This document shows positions 7,886-14,840 of a stretch of 40,409 nucleotides of DNA, one piece after another (the stretch's first letter is position 1; each line of letters opens with the position of its first letter). This stretch comes from Planctomycetaceae bacterium (GTDB lineage: Bacteria > Planctomycetota > Planctomycetia > Pirellulales > Pirellulaceae). Location of the stretch: NCBI GenBank assembly GCA_012965455.1, contig DTSG01000099.1, positions 1 to 40,409 on the forward strand, in the 5' to 3' direction. Under the pieces are notes generated by a model. It saw only the letters and a list, made by a program, of their open reading frames with translations, ran no database searches and was not told the DNA's origin. Position numbers and translations under genes: made by a program.

Positions 7886-9994
7886 GTGAAGCGACTCGCT
7901 GGGACATTAATTGGCCTGTTGTTGGCAATTGGGGCAGAAGCGCAAACATCGTATCCAATGTTGATGACGTTGCAGCCAATCGCGATCCAAATCGGCACAA
8001 CTGGCGAACTTGAAGTTCAGTCGCGTTACAGTATGTGGGGAGCGACGCGAGTTATCATTTCGGGTGAGGGATTGTCCGGCGAAGTTGTTCATCCGCAGCT
8101 GCCCCCAGCAAAAGAAGGTGAAAAACCGACGGAACCGTCGCTCACCACACTCAAAATCAAATTCACCGCAACGCCAGACGCTGCTCCGGGAGTCAGAGAG
8201 TTCAAGCTATTGACGCCACGCGGAGTGAGTACAGTTGGGCAAATTGTGGTGACACGGGACAAGGTAGTTTTTGAGGATATCAAATCAGATTCGTCAGAAA
8301 ACGCGGTGTTGTTTGAAATTCCGGCCACGCTTACCGGAGTGATTGAGAAGACCGAAGACCGCGATTATTTTAAGTTTTCGATTGACGCTCCGACCCAGCT
8401 AGTTTTTCATTGCCGCTGCATGCGACTGCAAGACCGGATTCATGATCTTCAGAAACACGCGGATCCAATGATTACGGTTAAAAACAGTCAGGGCTCAACC
8501 ATCGCGGCCAATGATAATTATTTTGCGGCGGATCCGTTTATGGTGGTTGAATTTCAGCAAGCGGGGGAATATTACCTCGAAGTTCGAGATGTGCGTTTTA
8601 CGGGGAACAAATATTGGAACTACGCCATCGACGTGTTGAATCGACCCTTTGCTACCAATGTCTTTCCGTTGGCGATTTCTGCGACGAAGCCGACGACGTT
8701 TGAATTGATTGGCGAGAGTGTACCTGCTGATAAGACGATTGCATATGTTCCGGCAACTACGGGGCTGGCTCTGGGGCCACAAATGTTGTCCTTGGTGGAT
8801 GAACAACAAGTGTTTGATCCCGTGGCGGTTTATGTTTCTGAGGAAACCATATTGCTAGAGACCGCGACTGACAACAATGACAAAGAACATGCTCAACAGA
8901 TTCAAATACCGGCAGTCATTAATGGTCGCGTAAGTCGTGATGCGGATATCGACTATTATCAGTTTACAGCCAAAAAGGGTGACAAAATATCGTTTGAGAT
9001 AATCGCTCGTCGTCGGCAATCGATGCTGGATAGTTATATTGTGTTAGAAAATTCAGCAGGCGCGCAGCTTAAAACGGCGGATGACTTTCAGTTTGGACGG
9101 CGTACTTATTGGGACTCGCGGATCGAGAACTATGTTGTGCCCGACGATGGCACTTACTATATCGCCGTCTATGATCGTCACTTGCGCGGTGGTGCTGAAT
9201 TTGTTTATGCGTTGGAGATTACGCATAGCCACCCCACGTTTGAACTGTTGTTGGATACTGCCAAAACGCTGACTGCCCCAGGAACAGGTGGTGTCGTATT
9301 TTGCCGAGTAAAGCGGCTCAACGGTTTCACGGGTGAAGTGCAGCTCCATGTTTCTGGGATGCCAACAGGTGTGACCGCTTTTGCAGGCCGAATTCTTGCG
9401 GGGGCTACGGATGGATGTATTATTTTCCAAGCGGCGCAGGCTGCTCCGTTGGGGGCGGCCAATGTGCGGATCTATGGTACTGCTGTGGACGCTGACGCTG
9501 AAGCAGTGGTTGAAGTGGACGCACTAGCGTATCAAGAAACGTATATGCCCGGCGGTGGCCGCAATCATTTTCCGGTAAAGGTGCATACGGTTTCGGTTCA
9601 GCTGCCCAGTGATATCCAATCTTTGAAATTGAGCACGCAAGAAATTACGCTGAGGCCAGGTGAGGCTGTGCGGATTGATGTTGAAATGACTCGCGCAGAA
9701 GGATTTGATAAAAACATCTCTTTAGATGTACTCTTCAAACATCTCAGCTCGGTATGGGGAGACACACTGCCAAAAGGGGTCAAGTTGGATGGCAGCAAAA
9801 GCAAAATCTTAATTACCGGCAAAGAAACCAAAGGTCATATTACTTTGGTTGCCGATGATAAAATAGAAAAGGTCGAAAGACAACAAGTAAGCGTGATGGC
9901 AAATATATCGCTAAATTTTGTTATGAAAGCGACGTATAGTAGTCTGCCATTGTTTATAACAACGGTTCCCAACGAGGAAGAGCCGGAAAAATAG
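7886..9994 (+). CDS. Secreted multidomain protein with two pre-peptidase C-terminal (PPC)-type domains and Ig-like modules
   Basis: The ORF is open from GTG 7877. GTG 7886 lies 8 nt after GAGGAG and gives MKRLAGTLIGLLLAIGAEA. Two PPC-like signatures are present: EDRDYFKFSIDAPTQLVF...ANDN and DADIDYYQFTAKKGDKISFEI...TADD. The start is only 23-32 nt after the DUF1553 gene. Confidence 0.7.
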   Translation: MKRLAGTLIGLLLAIGAEAQTSYPMLMTLQPIAIQIGTTGELEVQSRYSMWGATRVIISGEGLSGEVVHPQLPPAKEGEKPTEPSLTTLKIKFTATPDAAPGVREFKLLTPRGVSTVGQIVVTRDKVVFEDIKSDSSENAVLFEIPATLTGVIEKTEDRDYFKFSIDAPTQLVFHCRCMRLQDRIHDLQKHADPMITVKNSQGSTIAANDNYFAADPFMVVEFQQAGEYYLEVRDVRFTGNKYWNYAIDVLNRPFATNVFPLAISATKPTTFELIGESVPADKTIAYVPATTGLALGPQMLSLVDEQQVFDPVAVYVSEETILLETATDNNDKEHAQQIQIPAVINGRVSRDADIDYYQFTAKKGDKISFEIIARRRQSMLDSYIVLENSAGAQLKTADDFQFGRRTYWDSRIENYVVPDDGTYYIAVYDRHLRGGAEFVYALEITHSHPTFELLLDTAKTLTAPGTGGVVFCRVKRLNGFTGEVQLHVSGMPTGVTAFAGRILAGATDGCIIFQAAQAAPLGAANVRIYGTAVDADAEAVVEVDALAYQETYMPGGGRNHFPVKVHTVSVQLPSDIQSLKLSTQEITLRPGEAVRIDVEMTRAEGFDKNISLDVLFKHLSSVWGDTLPKGVKLDGSKSKILITGKETKGHITLVADDKIEKVERQQVSVMANISLNFVMKATYSSLPLFITTVPNEEEPEK

Positions 9995-10013
9995 GAATCT
10001 AGGGAATCCGACC

Positions 10014-10778
10014 GTGGCGAGAATCGTACAAATCACCGACACTCACCTTTCGACAGACCCGTCAGAGGAATTGCTCGGATGTCGGACCCACGATTCGCTA
10101 AAACGTGTCTTGCGACTAATCCAAGACAGCTATATGGAATGTGACCGCATGATTGTTACAGGTGATTTGGTCCACGAAGAAGGACCAGATGCCTACCACA
10201 TGGTTCGTGAAATATTGACACCGTGGGAAGACAAACTGCGTGTGATACCAGGTAATCACGACATGCGCGACGGAATGCGGGAGGCATTCGGTGATCGAAT
10301 TAATGGCTGCCCCGCAGCGGTAACGTTTGTAGATGAATTGGACGCGTGGCAATTGATTGGGCTCGACACGCTTTTAGATGGCGCTGTCGAAGGTGATTTG
10401 AGTGGACCACAATGGGAATGGTTAGAGAGTCGTTTAGAATCTTCGAACCAACCGACCGTATTGTTTATGCACCATCCACCCGTGTTTGTAGGCAGTGAAT
10501 GGGTAGATAAGTTGGGCCTGCTTTCTTTTATTCCATTTGCCAATCTGGTCGAGCGATTTGAGCAGATCAAGCTGGTGGTGTGTGGACATGTGCATCAGGA
10601 CTATCAAACGGAGCTATTTCAAGCGACGGTTGTTACGACGCCAAGTACATCGGTTCAATTTAAAATGAACTCGGCGGAGTTCGCCACGGAAGACTTGCCA
10701 CCAGGGTTTCGCATCATTGATCTGCACGATGACGGCACGTTTGATATGAGCGTAATCCGAGTTTCTCATTCACGTTAA
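10014..10778 (+). CDS. Calcineurin-like metallophosphoesterase (CpdA/GpdQ-like phosphodiesterase), no signal peptide
   Basis: GTG start 19 nt after the previous stop. The full metallophosphoesterase motif set is present: ITDTHL, TGDLVHEG, PGNHD, MHHPP, GHVHQ. Confidence 0.8.
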   Translation: MARIVQITDTHLSTDPSEELLGCRTHDSLKRVLRLIQDSYMECDRMIVTGDLVHEEGPDAYHMVREILTPWEDKLRVIPGNHDMRDGMREAFGDRINGCPAAVTFVDELDAWQLIGLDTLLDGAVEGDLSGPQWEWLESRLESSNQPTVLFMHHPPVFVGSEWVDKLGLLSFIPFANLVERFEQIKLVVCGHVHQDYQTELFQATVVTTPSTSVQFKMNSAEFATEDLPPGFRIIDLHDDGTFDMSVIRVSHSR

Positions 10779-10821
10779 TCTGCCTCGCCGCACTACTAAT
10801 ATCGGCGCTTAATCCGTTGTA

Positions 10822-10850
10822 AAATAGACGTGATATAAATAGGTCTATTT
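10822..10850. promoter_or_regulatory. 8-bp inverted repeat flanking an extended -10-like box (candidate promoter/operator for the lactonase gene)
   Basis: AAATAGAC (10822-10829) pairs perfectly with GTCTATTT (10843-10850). The 13-nt spacer contains TGaTATAAA (10831-10839). The element lies about 30 nt upstream of ATG 10871. Confidence 0.3.
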
Positions 10851-10870
10851 AATGTAGAGGATTGTCAAAG

Positions 10871-11866
10871 ATGATCAGACAAACAAGTGTGTTGACGGTG
10901 TTGTTGAGTGTGTGTTCTTGGTATTCACTTGGGGCTCAGGAATCGAGCATCGTCGAATCGGAGGTAACTTCGGTAAACGAATTGGTATTTACAGAAGGAC
11001 CCGCCTATCATCGCGATGGCTCAGTATTCTATACCGACATCCAAAACAATCGCATTTTACGTTTAGCACCAGGGGCCGCCGTGGCGGATACCTTTTTAAA
11101 CCCCAGTGGTCGGGCAAACGGATTGATGTTTGATGCCCATGGGTTTTTGATTGCCTGCCAAGGGAATGAAAAAGGTGGCCTCGGCGGGCGGCGATTGGTT
11201 CGTATTGATCCCATCAGTAAAAAACAGACAGTCATCGTGGATAACTATGAAGGCAATCGCTTCAACAGTCTCAACGACCTTTGTATTGATAAAGCGGGCC
11301 GAATCTACTTTACCGATCCATACTATTCTCCCGATCGCAGCATGCTAGAACTGAAGGTGGAAGGTGTTTATCGAGTGAATTCAGATGGTACAGGCTTAGT
11401 TCGCATTCTGGATAATAAAACAGTCTCTCGCCCCAATGGCATCTCAATCACTCAAGATGAAAAAACGCTCTATGTCGTCGACAACAACCCAACCGTGCCG
11501 CAACGAAAGCTGTGGGCGTTTGCTCTAGATGACGCAGGACTCGCAACCGGTAAACCACGTGAATTGCATGATTTTGGTGCTGGCCGTGGCGGCGATGGTA
11601 TGTGTATGGATAGTGTAGGCAACTTATATGTGACCGCCGGAGCGAACCGAAAATACCCACTACAAAACCTCGACAATACCGCCGGTGTCTATGTGTTTTC
11701 ACCAGCAGGTAAGCTGTTGGAAGTAATCAAAGTTCCCGAGGATATGATTACCAATTGTTGTTTTGGGGGCTCGGACATGAAAACTCTATATATCACCGCC
11801 GGAAAAACACTGTGGCAAGTGCGTACCAAGGTTGCGGGGTATGCCTTGTGGCCTAAAGCAGAGTAG
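10871..11866 (+). CDS. SMP-30/gluconolactonase/LRE-family lactonase, secreted
   Basis: The ORF is open from TTG 10862. ATG 10871 follows GAGGA. Signal peptide: MIRQTSVLTVLLSVCSWYSLGAQE. Beta-propeller lactonase motifs: EGPAYHRDGSVFYTD, NDLCIDKAGRIYFTDP, PNGISITQDEKTLYVVD, GGDGMCMDSVGNLYVT. Confidence 0.8.
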   Translation: MIRQTSVLTVLLSVCSWYSLGAQESSIVESEVTSVNELVFTEGPAYHRDGSVFYTDIQNNRILRLAPGAAVADTFLNPSGRANGLMFDAHGFLIACQGNEKGGLGGRRLVRIDPISKKQTVIVDNYEGNRFNSLNDLCIDKAGRIYFTDPYYSPDRSMLELKVEGVYRVNSDGTGLVRILDNKTVSRPNGISITQDEKTLYVVDNNPTVPQRKLWAFALDDAGLATGKPRELHDFGAGRGGDGMCMDSVGNLYVTAGANRKYPLQNLDNTAGVYVFSPAGKLLEVIKVPEDMITNCCFGGSDMKTLYITAGKTLWQVRTKVAGYALWPKAE

Positions 11867-11962
11867 TAACGGATTGGTCGATAACGTCCACATAGTCCTA
11901 ATGGGGAATGAATTTGGGAAATACGGGCATGATTAACCTTCGCCCGACATAGAGTTATCCGA

Positions 11963-11972
11963 TATTATAGAG
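11963..11972 (+). promoter_or_regulatory. TATTATAGAG box (copy 1), upstream of a DUF1501 gene
   Basis: This 10-mer is identical to 19119-19128. It is followed by aGATAG and lies 43 nt upstream of ATG 12016. A second ATAGAG core sits at 11949-11954. Confidence 0.3.
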
Positions 11973-12015
11973 AGATAGATCCAATCGTCCTCACAAGCTA
12001 TTGGCAAAACAAATC

Positions 12016-13359
12016 ATGACAAAATATTCGAACTGCGCCGGAATCACTCGGCGTCATTCTCTCAAATTAGGTTTGGGCGGTCTGTTTGGTGGTGGCCTAG
12101 TAAACGCCTTACGCCATCAAGCTGTTGCGGCACTCGATGGCCCGCGTCGACAATCGGCTAAACGTTGTATTTTGATTTGGATGGATGGCGGCCCCACTCA
12201 TTTTGAAACGTTTGATCCCAAACCCGATGCTCCGGCTGAAATCCGCGGTGATTTTGGTACCGTCGCAACCTGTAATACGAGCGTCCATTACTCGGAACAT
12301 ATGAAACGCTTGGCGGCGATTAGTGATAAATATGCGATGATTCGTTCCATTCGTCACAACCAAGGCAATCACGGAGCCGGCAATCACTATATGACAACCG
12401 GTGCTCCGCCGCGCATCCCAGTGGGATGTGGAGCATTTGTTAGTTTTCACCCGAGTATGGGATCTGTGGTTAGTCACGAATTAGGTGGTCAAAACAACCT
12501 GCCCAACTACTTTTCGATGCCCCGCATGTCGCGCAGTGGTGGTCCTAACTTCCTCGGCGCCAATCATGCGCCGTTTGTTGTCGCGGATGATCCACACCAA
12601 CCGAATTTTCGAGTGCGCGATGTTGCTGTTCCCAAAGGTCTAACGGAAGGTGATTTTCAATCGCGGCGAAATGTTCGAGTGTTGCTTGATAAAATGCAGC
12701 GCTTAAATAATACAGCATCCGGCGACCCAGCAGCGGCCTTAGATGATTATTATGAACAAGGGTTCAATTTAGTTACATCGCCGAAGGCGCAGCGTGCTTT
12801 TGATATTTCGTTAGAACCGGATGAAATGCGGGATCGATATTATCGCAATTCATTCGGTCAACGATGCTTGCTTGCCCGTCGTTTGGTCGAAGCAGGCGTA
12901 CCGTTCGTCACCGTTTACGACGGTGGGTGGGATAGCCACTCGAATTTGTTTGGTGCACTCGGTACGCGATTGCCGTCATGGGATCAAACAGTAGCGACAC
13001 TCATCGAAGATCTAGATGAACGAGGAATGTTGGCAGATACATTAGTGTTAGCCTTGGGCGAATTCGGACGAACTCCAAAATTGTCAACCTTGTCGGGTCA
13101 AACGACGGCCGGCCGAGATCACTGGGCTAATGCGATGAGTGTGTTAATGGCAGGTGGTGGCACTCCTGGCGGCGTTGTTGTCGGTGCCACAGACCGTAAG
13201 GGCTATTCCGCCTTTGAAAATGTAAAGAGCCCAGAGAATTTTGTATCTACGGTTTATGCTAAACTTGGGATAGATCCTGCCAAACTGCTGTATACTCCAC
13301 AGGGCAGGCCTACACATATTGTTAGTGACCCGACGCCAATCCGCGAACTGATGGGTTAA
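12016..13359 (+). CDS. DUF1501 domain-containing protein, TAT-exported
   Basis: The ORF is open from TTG 12001. ATG 12016 gives MTKYSNCAGITRRHSLKLG, parallel to the leaders of the other paralogs. Motifs: MDGGPTHFETFDPKPDAP, RLVEAGVPFVTV, GEFGRTPKL, GRDHW. Confidence 0.9.
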   Translation: MTKYSNCAGITRRHSLKLGLGGLFGGGLVNALRHQAVAALDGPRRQSAKRCILIWMDGGPTHFETFDPKPDAPAEIRGDFGTVATCNTSVHYSEHMKRLAAISDKYAMIRSIRHNQGNHGAGNHYMTTGAPPRIPVGCGAFVSFHPSMGSVVSHELGGQNNLPNYFSMPRMSRSGGPNFLGANHAPFVVADDPHQPNFRVRDVAVPKGLTEGDFQSRRNVRVLLDKMQRLNNTASGDPAAALDDYYEQGFNLVTSPKAQRAFDISLEPDEMRDRYYRNSFGQRCLLARRLVEAGVPFVTVYDGGWDSHSNLFGALGTRLPSWDQTVATLIEDLDERGMLADTLVLALGEFGRTPKLSTLSGQTTAGRDHWANAMSVLMAGGGTPGGVVVGATDRKGYSAFENVKSPENFVSTVYAKLGIDPAKLLYTPQGRPTHIVSDPTPIRELMG

Positions 13360-13424
13360 TGCTACCCATTTAGCGATTGTGTTCCTATAAAAAATATTTT
13401 GAGCGATTAACTCGAGGCAAGAAA

Positions 13425-14726
13425 ATGAACAAACCGAATAACACGTCCCCACAAAAAATGCCGCGACGCGATTTTTTAGCAGCGAGTGCTGTGGCTACAA
13501 CAGCGGTCGCGTCTATCACGGTGAATGCAAAACAAGCAGATGGCAAACTAGTCGTTGGCGTGATGGGGATGCAGCGCGGCCGGAGTTTGGTGGATACGTT
13601 TGCTAAACATGCGGATGTTGTTGTGAAGTACGTGTGTGATGTGGATAGTCAGCGAGCTGCCAGTGCAGCGAAACTAGTCCAAGGAGCTGTTGGATATACA
13701 CCCCAGGCGATTACCAAGTGGGAAGATATTATTGCGGATGACGAAATTGATATTTTGGTGTGTGCCGCACCAAACCATTGGCACGCACCAGCGACTATCG
13801 TTGCAGCGGAAGCTGGTAAACATGTGTATGTTGAAAAACCGTGTTGCCAGAATCCTTGGGAAGGCGAACAACAAATTGCCGCGGCTCGCAAAAATAACGT
13901 GTGTGTTCAGATTGGCACCCAACGTCGCAGCAGTCCCGCGATTATTGAAGGGATGGAGTTTATCCACAGCGGTGGTATTGGAAAAGTACATGCGGTGAAC
14001 TGTTATTACTTCAGCCAACGTGGCAGTATTGGCACAGGCAAGCCAGCGGAAGTCCCAGCACATATTGATTATGAACGCTGGCAAGGTCCCGCTCCGCGAC
14101 AACCCTATGTAGACAATCGTGTGCATTACAATTGGCACTGGTTCTGGCATTATGGCAATGGCGAACTTGGCAATAATGGGATCCACACCTTGGACATGGC
14201 ACGTTGGGCACTGCAAGCAGAATTCCCAACGCGTGTTACTTCGACTGGTGATCGTTACTACTTCGACGATGATCAACAAACCCCAGACACCAATACTGTT
14301 TCCTATGAATTCGGCGACAAAGGGCATGTGACTTGGTTCGGCAACAGCTGCAATCGAAATGGTAGCGGATTTGTTACTGTTTATGGCGATAAAGGCTCTA
14401 TCGAATTCCACAGCGCCGGTGGATATACGGTTAAGGACGGCAGTAACAAAGAGGTTAAGACTGCCAGTAGCGGCCAAGGTCAGCCAGAACATGTGGATAA
14501 CCTCATCCAGAGCATCCAAGCTGGAGATTGGTCCAAGCTAAACGCTGAAATCGAGATCGGTCACCGCAGTACCCTACTCTGTCATTTAGGGAACATTGCT
14601 CACCGTGTTGGTCGAGTGGTAGATTGTGATACAAAAACGGGACGTGTGCTTGGCGATAAAGAAGCTGCCGCACTCTGGAAGCGGGAATATCACGAAGGCT
14701 GGGAAGAACGTCTCACGATTAGCTAA
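13425..14726 (+). CDS. Gfo/Idh/MocA-family NAD(P)-dependent oxidoreductase with twin-arginine signal peptide (periplasmic)
   Basis: The ORF is open from 13377. ATG 13425 gives MNKPNNTSPQKMPRRDFLAASAVATTAVASITVNA. There is a Rossmann GVMGMQRG motif and the conserved family EKP motif (HVYVEKPC). Confidence 0.85.
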   Translation: MNKPNNTSPQKMPRRDFLAASAVATTAVASITVNAKQADGKLVVGVMGMQRGRSLVDTFAKHADVVVKYVCDVDSQRAASAAKLVQGAVGYTPQAITKWEDIIADDEIDILVCAAPNHWHAPATIVAAEAGKHVYVEKPCCQNPWEGEQQIAAARKNNVCVQIGTQRRSSPAIIEGMEFIHSGGIGKVHAVNCYYFSQRGSIGTGKPAEVPAHIDYERWQGPAPRQPYVDNRVHYNWHWFWHYGNGELGNNGIHTLDMARWALQAEFPTRVTSTGDRYYFDDDQQTPDTNTVSYEFGDKGHVTWFGNSCNRNGSGFVTVYGDKGSIEFHSAGGYTVKDGSNKEVKTASSGQGQPEHVDNLIQSIQAGDWSKLNAEIEIGHRSTLLCHLGNIAHRVGRVVDCDTKTGRVLGDKEAAALWKREYHEGWEERLTIS

Positions 14727-14813
14727 CGTCTCAAGCAGCGAATGATCTGTGTGTCTTTGCGGATGATAGAGAACGACTGCACATACGTGTTATAAATTAA
14801 TTCAAACAGGGGG

Positions 14814-14830
14814 CTGGCAGTCATTGCCAG
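14814..14830 (+). promoter_or_regulatory. Small perfect hairpin in the 5' leader of the sulfatase gene
   Basis: CTGGCA (14814-14819) pairs with TGCCAG (14825-14830) around a 5-nt loop, ending 10 nt before ATG 14841. No obvious Shine-Dalgarno sequence lies between them. Confidence 0.2.
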
Positions 14831-14840
14831 TACAAGCGAA

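Noticed and set aside
13674-14519. 281-aa ORF on the minus strand
   Set aside because: It lies entirely antisense to the Gfo/Idh/MocA oxidoreductase gene, which has clear family motifs (TAT leader, Rossmann motif, EKP). The antisense translation has no recognisable motif and an odd composition. It is a typical shadow ORF.
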